Source: a bacterium
Lineage (GTDB): Bacteria > Zhuqueibacterota > Zhuqueibacteria > Oceanimicrobiales > Oceanimicrobiaceae
Length of the DNA: 15,315 bases
Direction: 5' to 3'
NCBI GenBank assembly: GCA_046757165.1
Contig: JBHHXT010000110.1
Span: 1 to 15,315 of the forward strand
Positions 7,205 to 15,315 of the stretch are shown piece after piece. The notes beneath the pieces were generated by a model. That model searched no databases and was not told the DNA's origin. It saw only the letters and a list, made by a program, of their open reading frames with translations. The position numbers and the translations under genes were made by a program. Numbering within the stretch: position 1 is the first letter of the stretch; the number at the start of each line of letters is the position of its first letter.

Positions 7205-7368
7205 CCTTCCATGACTAATAATATAATAAGGAAACGCTGTCATAAATAGAAGAAACAAAATCAAAGGCTTTGCTCTCATGAAAACAAGAATCTTGACAAA
7301 AAGATTTCCAGGAACTGACATGCATAAAAATGATTGAAAGTGTCTGTACGAATTTGTTTATTTGTTTC

Positions 7369-8658
7369 ATGTTAGAATTGATCGAAACCTGGCTCAAAAG
7401 TCAGGGCGCAAATGGCGAGCTTGCCTATTATTTCGCAAGAGGGATATCCTTTGTTTTTGTCTTGCTGTTGAGCTTGGTTGCCAACACGGTCGCGAAACGG
7501 GTCGTTTTGTCGGCGCTGAGCTCAATCATTGCACGCACAAGAACCTCCTGGGACGACACCCTCCTGAAGAGAAAAGTGCTCAACCGGCTCGTGCACCTGG
7601 CGCCTGCCCTGGTCATCTACGTTCTCACGCCCGCGGCCCTGAGTGGCCTGGAGCACGTGATCTCCGGCGTCACCAGCGCTCTCGTGATCTACATGATTGT
7701 GGTGACAACGCTCGCGTTCGATGCGTTCATGAACGGCGTCGTCGACATCTACCAGACGTATGATATTTCGAGGCAGATTCCGATCAAAGGCTTCATTCAA
7801 GTTGTGAAGCTCATCGTCTTCTTTCTTGCTGGCATCTTCGTCATTTCGACTCTGCTCGACAAGACGCCACTCTTCCTTCTGAGCGGTCTTGGCGCGCTTA
7901 CGGCGGTGCTCATGCTCATCTTCAAAGACGCCATCCTCGGGTTGGTCGCCGGCATCCAGTTAACGGCTAACAAAATGGTGGCGCATGGCGACTGGGTCGA
8001 GATGCCGAGGTATGGTGCAGACGGCGACGTTCTGGAAGTCAGCCTGACGACGGTAAAAGTGCAGAATTGGGATAAGACCATTACGACCATTCCGACCTAC
8101 GCCCTGATCAGCGAGTCATTCAAGAATTGGCGCGGGATGCAGCAGTCTGACGGCCGTCGTATCAAACGGTCCATCAACATCGACATGAATACGGTCAAGT
8201 TTTGCACCGAAGAGATGCTGCAACGCTTCGCGAAAATCCAGTACATCACCGAGTATATCGAAAGGAAGAAAAAGGAGCTTGCTGAGTTCAATCAAATGGT
8301 GCAGGTAGACAACTCCAGCCTTGTCAACGGCCGCCGTATGACGAACCTCGGCACCTTTCGCGCGTATGTCAACGCCTACCTGCGCAATCACCCGATGGTC
8401 AACCAGAAGATGACCTTGCTGGTCAGACAATTGCAGCCAACGGGTGAGGGCTTGCCGATTGAGATCTACTTGTTCAGCAAAGACAAAGCCTGGGTAAACT
8501 ACGAGGCGATCCAGTCCGATATTTTCGACCATCTCCTGGCGGTCGTGTCCGAGTTTGATCTGCGTCTATTCCAGCGGCCGACCGGTCTGGATTTGCACGC
8601 CTTTTCCAATACGCTCAACGCCTCCACCGTGCGCGGTCAGCGGGCAGGGAAAGAATGA
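7369..8658 (+). CDS. ybdG: MscS-family mechanosensitive channel, YbdG/MscM type
   Basis: LLSGLGALTAVLMLIFKDAILGLVAGIQL, GDWVEMPRYGADGDV, TVKVQNWDKTITTIPTYAL.SESFKNWRGM, GRRIKRS, VRQLQPT.EGLPIEIY, YEAIQSDIFDH. Start 7369 or 7330. Confidence 0.93.
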   Translation: MLELIETWLKSQGANGELAYYFARGISFVFVLLLSLVANTVAKRVVLSALSSIIARTRTSWDDTLLKRKVLNRLVHLAPALVIYVLTPAALSGLEHVISGVTSALVIYMIVVTTLAFDAFMNGVVDIYQTYDISRQIPIKGFIQVVKLIVFFLAGIFVISTLLDKTPLFLLSGLGALTAVLMLIFKDAILGLVAGIQLTANKMVAHGDWVEMPRYGADGDVLEVSLTTVKVQNWDKTITTIPTYALISESFKNWRGMQQSDGRRIKRSINIDMNTVKFCTEEMLQRFAKIQYITEYIERKKKELAEFNQMVQVDNSSLVNGRRMTNLGTFRAYVNAYLRNHPMVNQKMTLLVRQLQPTGEGLPIEIYLFSKDKAWVNYEAIQSDIFDHLLAVVSEFDLRLFQRPTGLDLHAFSNTLNASTVRGQRAGKE

Positions 8659-9095
8659 AGAGCGGGCCGGGAAAAGACAACCACCCGCCAGAGGGGTTCA
8701 GCAGCGCCAGGAGCCTTGCCGAAGAATTCGCCCGCGATAAAAGCAAAACCGGCCACCTGCTCGACGATGCCATCTCAAAAGCGGAAAGAAACCGCACCGT
8801 TCTGGACAACATCTGGGAAGATCTACAAGCGTTGTTCCGCCTGATCAGGGCGTGGCGCAAGGGTGCGTACGCGCAAACGCCATGGCAGACGATCATCTTT
8901 GCCATCGCAGGCATCATCTATTTCGTCAACCCGTTCGACATCGTCCCCGATTTTCTACCGGGCGCCGGCTATCTTGATGATGCGACCGTGGTGGGCTTTG
9001 TGTTGAAATCGATCAAGCACGATATCGCGCACTTCTTGAGTTGGGAGACGATGCAGAAGGATGAGGAGGACAGTGCTAATCAACTTGGTGATTGA
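8655..9095 (+). CDS. YkvA / DUF1232 family membrane protein
   Basis: YFVNPFDIVPDFLPGAGYLDDATVV signature preceded by LIRAWRKGAY..TPW; ATGA overlap with the channel gene. Confidence 0.9.
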   Translation: MKSGPGKDNHPPEGFSSARSLAEEFARDKSKTGHLLDDAISKAERNRTVLDNIWEDLQALFRLIRAWRKGAYAQTPWQTIIFAIAGIIYFVNPFDIVPDFLPGAGYLDDATVVGFVLKSIKHDIAHFLSWETMQKDEEDSANQLGD

Positions 9096-9112
9096 CCGAA
9101 AACGCCGTCGCG

Positions 9113-9135
9113 GTCATTTCGACCAACGGAATGAC
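9113..9135. repeat. Collapsed REP-like remnant GTCATTTCGACCAACGGAATGAC
   Basis: Left part matches the GTCATT(T/C)CGA start of the 558-675 elements and right part CGGAATGAC matches the end of the 649-675 copy; CCGTCGC occurs on both sides (9105-9111, 9137-9143). Confidence 0.6.
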
Positions 9136-9149
9136 TCCGTCGCCGTGCT

Positions 9150-9899
9150 CTAGAACAGCATTTCCTTGCACTCTGCCACCGCTTGCTTCGCTTTCCCCTG
9201 CTGCCAGAATAACTCATCGACCAGAAACTCTGCCAGCGGCTCGAGCTGCCGCACGTCAAAATTGATCCACGGCGTGCCCGAGCCACGCGTGGCGACCGAG
9301 CGGCTGCCGGGTCTGGCGATCTCACCGCGTACAAAAATCGGCTCGATTTGCTCTTCCCAGCCGCCGTACAATTTCTCCGGGGCAAAAGCGGCGGCATAGA
9401 AGAGCGCGATTCTGGTTCGTTTGCCGTCCAGATAAGTGCCCAACTGCGGATTTGGACTGGTAAGCCGGCGGTAGGTGAGCCACGCTTCGCGCTCGATTTG
9501 GCCGATGAATTTCGTGGCAACGTCCCCGATCGGGCGCGGCCGTTCGGTGCCGGAATACTTGTATTCGACGAAAAAGGTAAACAGACCGGTCAGGTCGGAA
9601 GCGGCGGGGTACGCAAGCGGTTCCCCTTGTGGGCTGCTCACGTCCCAAGTCGGCAGTCGTTTCGTGCGGTCGAAATACAGGCTGTCCGGAAAATAGCGCA
9701 GCAGATCGGTCGTTGGCCCGAGTGACCGGTACAGCATGCCGTGCACTGCCGCTGCCTGCTTCCCGAACCTGTGCTCGATGCCGGTCTCGATGCGGAAGTA
9801 GCGCGCTTCGGTCAGAACAGTCTTCTGGAGCGCCTGAATGAAGCGCCGGGTCTTTGAGTCTCTGGTGGTGAAGCCGCCAGAGCTTTGTGAGAGTGCCAT
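9150..9899 (-). CDS. Hypothetical protein, putative PD-(D/E)XK nuclease
   Basis: 249-aa ORF with gene-like composition; RYFPDSLYF followed by FFVEYKYS fits PD...ExK after hydrophobic strands; downstream helix IEREAWLTY. Start set at 9899 because the extension to 9977 runs through a poly-A/T tract. Confidence 0.6.
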   Translation of the reverse strand: MALSQSSGGFTTRDSKTRRFIQALQKTVLTEARYFRIETGIEHRFGKQAAAVHGMLYRSLGPTTDLLRYFPDSLYFDRTKRLPTWDVSSPQGEPLAYPAASDLTGLFTFFVEYKYSGTERPRPIGDVATKFIGQIEREAWLTYRRLTSPNPQLGTYLDGKRTRIALFYAAAFAPEKLYGGWEEQIEPIFVRGEIARPGSRSVATRGSGTPWINFDVRQLEPLAEFLVDELFWQQGKAKQAVAECKEMLF

Positions 9900-10213
9900 T
9901 GAAACGTCAAACGCCAAGCATGAAAGTGAAACGAAAGCCGTTTCATATAAGATAGTTTTTTTGCAAAAAAAAAGCAAAATCTATCTTCCGTGGCTAAACA
10001 ATCTCGACAAATACTATTTTGCCCACACAGATCGATAGAGAGCCAAAATATTTATCCAATTCTCATCTTATTACTGGCAAAATTAAGATCCGTTTTTTAA
10101 ATTAGCTGCCGAAAACTCACCGGGACCTCTACCTTATGTCGTTCTCCAGATAACATGCGGATGGATGGGGGCGTTCTGCTGATCACCAAACTCTTGGAGC
10201 TGGAGAGAAGATC

Positions 10214-11854
10214 ATGAAATCGCATCGGACTTGCTGGAGGGACATCATTCACACGCTCATCGTCATCACATCGCTACTGGCCGGTTGCAAGGCGCCGCCG
10301 GCGAGATTGTCTGAAAGTACACCTCCGAAGATACGGGTCGGTATTGTGGAGGGGCGTGCCGCGGTCGAGTTCAAGGTCGAAGGCAAGCTCAATCTGATGA
10401 ATCGCCGCGGCAAGTTTGCCTTGCGCGGTGTGCCGGGCGGACATTGGCGTGTCGAGGCCATCGATGGCAAGCCAGCGCAATTCGAATACCGGCTGGCGGT
10501 GGGCACGACGAAGGACCGCCGCGAGAGCGAGGGCATCGTCGCATTTATGAAAAAAAAGGGGGTGAAGGTTGAGATTAAGAAGTACAAAATCGAGGGAAAA
10601 TCCAGGCTGCGGTTTCTTCACAAAGCCGCCTACCAGGTCGTTTTGACACAGAAGTTTGGCAGTGAACGTGCAGCGCGCGCATTCCAGGCGACCCTGCAGG
10701 ACAAAACCAATTCTGACCTCGTGCGAATCCCCAGGGGCAATGCGCAAGGGACGCTGCGGTTCAGCAACCTGGACACGAAATACACCTTCGACTCGCAGGA
10801 GCCTGTGCGCCTGGAGGCGACCGAGGTCGAGCTCGCCGACGTCGATGTTGGTCAAGGCTTTCACTGGCAGAGGAGCGAGCACCGCAAATACACCGGCAGC
10901 GTCGAGTTTGTGCTGGACCACACCGGTCAGATCACGGTGATCAACGAGCTGTCGCTCGAAAGCTACATCCGGGGCGTCGTGCCTTCCGAGATGCCGGCTG
11001 GGTTTCCATTTGAAGCACTGAAAGCACAAGCGGTAACCGCCCGCGTTGAAGCGCTGTCCAAAATCGGCGTCCGCCACCCGGTGGAGCCCTTCGATTTGTG
11101 CGATGATGTGCATTGCCAGGTGTTCAGTGGCAGCACCAAGCAGAACGAAAAAACTGACCGGGCAGTGGCCAGCACGCGCGGCACGGTGATGCTGCACAAA
11201 GGTCAGGTGTCCGAAGCGTTTTATGCCGGCGTGTGTGGGGGACACACCGAACACAATGACAACGTCTGGCTGATGAACGCCAGGCCTTATCTACGTGGTG
11301 TGCTCGACAAAGACAGCAAGCGGCTGCGCACCAATCTGCAGCAAGAGAGCAACATCAAGAAGTGGATCGACAGCAAGCCCCGGGTTTACTGCAACACCAC
11401 GGGCGGTGATGTGCCGGCCTCGCTCAGCTATAGCAAGAAGTACTTCCGTTGGCAGGTGACGTATGCACGCACCGAGTTCGAGAATATCATCCGCGAGAAG
11501 ACCGGCATGCAGTTTGGCCGTCTGGTCGACTTGCGCCCCGTAAAACGAGGCGTTTCCGGCCGGCTGATCGAGCTCGAAGTCGTTGGCACAGACAAGAAAT
11601 TCACCATCAGCAAGGAGCTTGCCATCCGGCAAGCGCTGGCCCGGAAGACGTTGTTCAGCGCTTGTTTTTACGTCAAGAAAAGCGGGGGAAGCGGGAACCT
11701 CCCTGCGAGATTCGTCCTGGCTGGCGCCGGGTGGGGACACGGCGTCGGCATGTGCCAGGTGGGTGCAGCTATGATGGCAAACAAAGGCAAAAAATTCGAC
11801 CAGATCCTGACGCACTACTACAAAGGTGTGCGCCTGGAACGAGTCTACAAATAG
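10214..11854 (+). CDS. SpoIID/LytB-domain lipoprotein (putative lytic transglycosylase)
   Basis: Lipobox LAGC; INELSLESYIRGVVPSEM (catalytic Glu), EALKAQAV.AR, FDLCDDVHCQVF, CGGHTE, GWGHGVGMCQ.GA, ILTHYY; GGAGAG RBS. Confidence 0.93.
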   Translation: MKSHRTCWRDIIHTLIVITSLLAGCKAPPARLSESTPPKIRVGIVEGRAAVEFKVEGKLNLMNRRGKFALRGVPGGHWRVEAIDGKPAQFEYRLAVGTTKDRRESEGIVAFMKKKGVKVEIKKYKIEGKSRLRFLHKAAYQVVLTQKFGSERAARAFQATLQDKTNSDLVRIPRGNAQGTLRFSNLDTKYTFDSQEPVRLEATEVELADVDVGQGFHWQRSEHRKYTGSVEFVLDHTGQITVINELSLESYIRGVVPSEMPAGFPFEALKAQAVTARVEALSKIGVRHPVEPFDLCDDVHCQVFSGSTKQNEKTDRAVASTRGTVMLHKGQVSEAFYAGVCGGHTEHNDNVWLMNARPYLRGVLDKDSKRLRTNLQQESNIKKWIDSKPRVYCNTTGGDVPASLSYSKKYFRWQVTYARTEFENIIREKTGMQFGRLVDLRPVKRGVSGRLIELEVVGTDKKFTISKELAIRQALARKTLFSACFYVKKSGGSGNLPARFVLAGAGWGHGVGMCQVGAAMMANKGKKFDQILTHYYKGVRLERVYK

Positions 11855-11985
11855 GCATTCAATATTTGTCTGATTGATGCGACATAATTAAGGAAATCCG
11901 TTCGGCATTCTTCGCGTTTGGCCGTATAATTTCAAAAAAACCAAAAATTAATGCCTGCTGGCGGGGGATTTTGCCAATATTTCAC

Positions 11986-12014
11986 TTGACTGTGTGGGTT
12001 AATTTTTATATTTT
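11986..12014 (+). promoter_or_regulatory. Putative sigma70 promoter
   Basis: TTGACT (11986-11991), 17-bp spacer, TATTTT (12009-12014), upstream of the DUF151 gene. Confidence 0.45.
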
Positions 12015-12079
12015 AGTCATAATGCAATTGGATGGTCGGTGGCTGCCGATTGGATATCCAAACAGGTTGGAGAAGCATA

Positions 12080-12646
12080 ATGTTAATTGCTGTCAGAGTG
12101 GATCGAGTGACCCTGGATGCGCATACGAACCGATTTGTTGTGATTCTCAAAGATGATGTGCATAACCGCTGGCTTCCAATTGTGGTCGGAAACACCGAGG
12201 CTCAGGCCATTGCCCTGCAGCTCGAAAATGTGTCGCCTCCTCGCCCTCTCACACACGATTTGATCAAGAACTTGCTCGAATCCATTGAGGCAAAAATTGC
12301 AAGAGTTGTCGTCAACGACCTGCGTGAAAACACCTATTATGCCTTGATCAGCCTGAAACTCAACGGTAGCAAAACCGAGATCGATGCCCGGCCGAGCGAT
12401 GCCATCGCGCTTGCGCTGCGCATGCATGCGCCCATTTTCGTCGCCGAAGATGTGATGGAACGGGCTTCCGTCAACGATAAAGAGGGGGACAACGAAGGCG
12501 AAGATGTCGCCGCCGCGGCGCCGCTCAACGCATTGGAACGGCTCGAGCTCGATATGCAAAAGGCGATCAACGACGAGCGCTACGAAGACGCAGCCCGCCT
12601 GCGGGACGAAATCAAGGAGTTGAGGAAGAGTCGCGACGACGATTAG
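12080..12646 (+). CDS. Bifunctional nuclease family protein (DUF151/DNase-RNase) with C-terminal UVR motif
   Basis: LPIVVG..EAQAIA, PPRPLTHDL, IDARPSDAIALALR..APIFV; AINDERYEDAARLRDEI UVR helix pair; GGAG RBS before the ATG at 12080. Confidence 0.93.
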   Translation: MLIAVRVDRVTLDAHTNRFVVILKDDVHNRWLPIVVGNTEAQAIALQLENVSPPRPLTHDLIKNLLESIEAKIARVVVNDLRENTYYALISLKLNGSKTEIDARPSDAIALALRMHAPIFVAEDVMERASVNDKEGDNEGEDVAAAAPLNALERLELDMQKAINDERYEDAARLRDEIKELRKSRDDD

Positions 12647-12671
12647 GCGTTGATCTGTTTACAGAGAATGC

Positions 12672-12705
12672 AAAGGCGTAGCCAAATGAAGGTTGCGCCT
12701 TTTTT
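12672..12705 (+). terminator. Intrinsic terminator
   Basis: AAAGGCGTAGCC-AAATGAA-GGTTGCGCCTTT hairpin (two G-U pairs) running into TTTTTT, 25 nt after the stop. Confidence 0.8.
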
Positions 12706-12767
12706 GTTACTCAGATTCTGATCTACAATGATGTCAATTGTGCTCGGGTAATGATGAGAGGCAGAGC

Positions 12768-14492
12768 ATGGAAAGAATTACTACCCTGGATTGGGGAATC
12801 ATTGCCGTCTACCTAGCCTTTGCGATTGGTGTCGGCATCTACTACTCCCGTCGCGCCGGTCAAAACATGAGTGAGTTTTTCCTTTCCGGCCGAAAGCTCC
12901 CCTGGTGGATCGCCGGCACCTCGATGGTGGCCACCACCTTTGCCGTGGATACGCCCCTGTTTGTCTCCGGTGTCATTGCCAAGGAGGGAATCGCCGGCAA
13001 CTGGTTGTGGTGGAATTTCGCGGCCACGCACGTGATGGCGATGCTGTTTTTCGCCCGTCTCTGGCACCGTGCCGGCATCCTGACCGACCTGGAGCTGTTG
13101 GACATTCGCTATTCCGGCAAACCTGCTCGCATCCTGCGGGGCTTCCGTTCGCTGTGGGAGGGCATCCTGCTCAACTGCATCGTCATGGGTTGGGTGATGC
13201 TGGCCATGAACAAAGTCGTCGGGGTGTTCCTGGACTGGCCGAAGTGGAACGTGCTGGTGGTGCTGCTGGTGATCGCCTTCATTTACTCCGTCCTGTCCGG
13301 ATTCTGGGGCGTGGTGATGACGGATTTCATCCAGTTTGGCATCGCCATGTTTTCCTCTGTCATGTTAGCGGTGATCGCGGTCTCGGCAAACGGTGGCATG
13401 GCCAACATCAAGTCAAAACTCCACACCATGTACGCCGGTAAGGCGGACCAGATCCTGAGCTTTGTGCCAGAGGTGGGCTCGGAGTTTCTACCGCTGACCA
13501 CCTTCTTCGCCTTCATCGCTGTGACGTGGTGGGCCTCGAAAAATGCGGATGCCGGCAGTTATTTTGCCCAGCGAATGTTCGCGGCCAAAGATGAAAGACA
13601 CTCGGTCCTTTCCATGTTGTGGTTCAACATTGCGCACTACTGTCTGCGGCCCTGGCCCTGGATAATTGTCGGTCTGGTGGCAGTGGTCGCCTACCCGAAC
13701 CTGGAGGATCCGGAAGTCGGTTATCCCAAAATGGTGCTCGACTATCTCCCACCCGGCCTGCTGGGGCTCATGCTGGTCTCATTCCTGGCAGCCTTCATGT
13801 CCACTATCGATACGCAGGTGAACTGGGGCACCTCCATTCTCGTCAATGATTTTTATAAGCCCTTCGTGCAGCCTGCCCGCGATGACCGTCACTATGTCCT
13901 GGTCTCCAGGCTGGTAACTCTTGTGCTGCTTTTGCTCGGTACGGGCACCGCCATGCTCATGGAGACCATCAAGGGCGGCTGGGAGCTGTTTTATGGCATG
14001 TCGGCCGGCATTGGCGGGGTTTACATTGCCCGCTGGTTTTGGTGGCGTGTGAACGCCTGGTCCGAGATCGCGGCCTGGTTATCTTCGGCCCTGGTTTATT
14101 CCACGCTCTACTTTATCAACAGGATCAGCCCGACGGAACTTTACTCCGTTTATGGCTGGCGCCTCATGCTCGTCACCGGTTTTGCAACGGTTTGCTGGTT
14201 GACCGCGACCCTGCTCACCTCGCCCGTGTCAGAGGAAAAGCTGGTCGCCTTTTACAAGAAAGTCAAACCCGGCTCGCCGTTTTGGAAACCCATCGCGGCG
14301 AAAGCTGCTGACCTGCGGGTGGACAGGCTGGGCTGGTATGACCTGCTGGCCTGGCTGGCCGGGATCGTAGCAGTCTATGCCTTTCTGTTCAGCTTTGGCA
14401 AGCTCCTGCTCGGATTCTATCTCGCGGGTATCATCTACTTGCTGGTTGGGATGGTGGCTGGCGTATTCATGTATCGCAGCGTCGCGCGGTAA
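12768..14492 (+). CDS. Sodium:solute symporter (SSS) family transporter
   Basis: LDWGIIAVY, EFFLSGRKLPWWIAGTSMVATTFAVDTPL, SGFWGVVMTDFIQF, QRMFAAKDERHS, LPPGLLGL....LAAFMST, RWFWWRVNAWSEI; about 14 TM segments; GAGAGG RBS. Substrate not assignable. Confidence 0.93.
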   Translation: MERITTLDWGIIAVYLAFAIGVGIYYSRRAGQNMSEFFLSGRKLPWWIAGTSMVATTFAVDTPLFVSGVIAKEGIAGNWLWWNFAATHVMAMLFFARLWHRAGILTDLELLDIRYSGKPARILRGFRSLWEGILLNCIVMGWVMLAMNKVVGVFLDWPKWNVLVVLLVIAFIYSVLSGFWGVVMTDFIQFGIAMFSSVMLAVIAVSANGGMANIKSKLHTMYAGKADQILSFVPEVGSEFLPLTTFFAFIAVTWWASKNADAGSYFAQRMFAAKDERHSVLSMLWFNIAHYCLRPWPWIIVGLVAVVAYPNLEDPEVGYPKMVLDYLPPGLLGLMLVSFLAAFMSTIDTQVNWGTSILVNDFYKPFVQPARDDRHYVLVSRLVTLVLLLLGTGTAMLMETIKGGWELFYGMSAGIGGVYIARWFWWRVNAWSEIAAWLSSALVYSTLYFINRISPTELYSVYGWRLMLVTGFATVCWLTATLLTSPVSEEKLVAFYKKVKPGSPFWKPIAAKAADLRVDRLGWYDLLAWLAGIVAVYAFLFSFGKLLLGFYLAGIIYLLVGMVAGVFMYRSVAR

Positions 14493-14575
14493 CGCTCTCT
14501 CGGCCTGACTCAGCCATTCTGCAAGTGCCGTTTGCTGCAACACGTTTTTTCGGCCGCGTCAATGCAGCTTGAGAT

Positions 14576-14604
14576 TTGAGCCCGGATCCCGCACTCTCTA
14601 TTGT
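14576..14604 (+). promoter_or_regulatory. Putative sigma70 promoter
   Basis: TTGAGC (14576-14581), 17-bp spacer, TATTGT (14599-14604), 42 nt before the ATG at 14647. Confidence 0.4.
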
Positions 14605-14646
14605 ATGAAAAGGATGAAATAGTCGCAAAGGGAGTGCGAAGGTAAA

Positions 14647-15180
14647 ATGAAATTGAGCCTGTCATTGTTTTGTCTCCTGGCCGCAATTCAGTTTTCAGCG
14701 TGCATCTCTGTGCACAGAATCCGTCACCATGCCTCTGTGTCGCCCTATCAGAAATTGAACAAGGTCGCCGCCGGACATAAGGCTGTCATCTATTTCCGCA
14801 ACAAAACGAAGGCGACGGGTTACAACGTACATGTCGCGACGGATTCCACCTATTGGCAGGTGTCGAAATCAGGAAAACGTCAGGGCGCCCTGACGAGTAA
14901 CATATCCAGAATCACGGTCATGGAGGCAGGGAAAGGGGCCAGAACCGGATTCCTCGTCTGCATGCTCGTTGGAGCACCAGTTGGTTATGCTTTCGGCCAT
15001 TCTCTGAGTCAGCTGTTCGATTTCTCCGACACCGGCTCTAAGAGTGAGCACGTCGAGGCGGGAATTAGAATGGGAGCAATCGCCGGCCTCGGAACCGGGC
15101 TCTTCCTGGGGCTGCCTGTAGGCGCAGCGACTGGTCAAACAATATTCATATTTCCTGACCCGGTCCAGGCCTCGAATTAG
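14647..15180 (+). CDS. Hypothetical lipoprotein with glycine-rich hydrophobic C-terminal helices
   Basis: Signal peptide ending FSAC; beta-rich basic middle; GARTGFLVCMLVGAPVG and GAIAGLGTGLFLGLPVGAATG GxxxG repeats; GGAG/AAGG upstream. Confidence 0.75.
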   Translation: MKLSLSLFCLLAAIQFSACISVHRIRHHASVSPYQKLNKVAAGHKAVIYFRNKTKATGYNVHVATDSTYWQVSKSGKRQGALTSNISRITVMEAGKGARTGFLVCMLVGAPVGYAFGHSLSQLFDFSDTGSKSEHVEAGIRMGAIAGLGTGLFLGLPVGAATGQTIFIFPDPVQASN

Positions 15181-15261
15181 GATTCAAGGCGCGGTTGACT
15201 GACCCCAATATTTATTTTCTTGCTGCTCGACGCGCGGACGCAACGTACGCGGGCGGGCAAA

Positions 15262-15294
15262 AAGTCCCTGGCACTTTCAAAGTGCCAGGGACTT
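15262..15294. repeat. Perfect 33-bp palindrome (REP-like, or terminator for a convergent gene)
   Basis: AAGTCCCTGGCACTTT-C-AAAGTGCCAGGGACTT; a T-run follows only on the minus strand. Confidence 0.7.
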
Positions 15295-15315
15295 CTCGAC
15301 GCTCTGACTCGCAAA

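Noticed and set aside
7293..7321. TTGACA upstream of the channel gene
   Set aside because: No convincing -10 hexamer at 16-18 bp spacing.
10274..11254. 326-aa minus-strand ORF
   Set aside because: Antisense shadow of the SpoIID gene, typical of GC3-biased coding DNA; no motifs.
12028..12061. Hairpin in the leader of the DUF151 gene (TTGGAT...ATCCAA)
   Set aside because: Imperfect, does not cover the RBS and matches no RNA motif I recognise.
9150..12646. PD-(D/E)XK gene, SpoIID and DUF151 nuclease as one functional system
   Set aside because: Different orientations and separate AT-rich spacers or promoters; SpoIID and DUF151 are common housekeeping genes, so adjacency is not evidence of a shared pathway.
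1..15315. CRISPR array, tRNA, rRNA or intact transposase/integrase
   Set aside because: No regularly spaced direct repeats, cloverleaf or rRNA signatures, and no DDE, HUH or tyrosine-recombinase motifs in any ORF.

Overview
A 15.3 kb chromosomal window from a diderm bacterium (outer-membrane beta-barrel, several lipoproteins, moderately GC-rich genes with AT-rich spacers; lineage not determinable from sequence alone). It holds mostly unlinked envelope and housekeeping genes: a type-1 copper cupredoxin lipoprotein, an ICMT/PEMT-family membrane methyltransferase, an alginate-export-type beta-barrel, a cold-shock protein, an M28/PA-domain peptidase, a small helical hypothetical protein, a YbdG-like mechanosensitive channel coupled to a YkvA/DUF1232 gene, a SpoIID/LytB lipoprotein, a DUF151 bifunctional nuclease, a sodium:solute symporter and a hypothetical lipoprotein. 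I see no rRNA, tRNA, CRISPR array or intact transposase, and no multi-gene novel system is directly evident. The best leads are: (i) a solitary PD-(D/E)XK nuclease-like gene (9150-9899) with no methyltransferase partner; (ii) a 174-bp MITE with IS1380-like CC...GG ends and a CTAA target duplication at the peptidase stop codon, containing nested palindromes; (iii) several distinct REP-like palindrome families in the spacers; (iv) small pseudogene remnants. All family assignments come from motif recognition, not from database searches.
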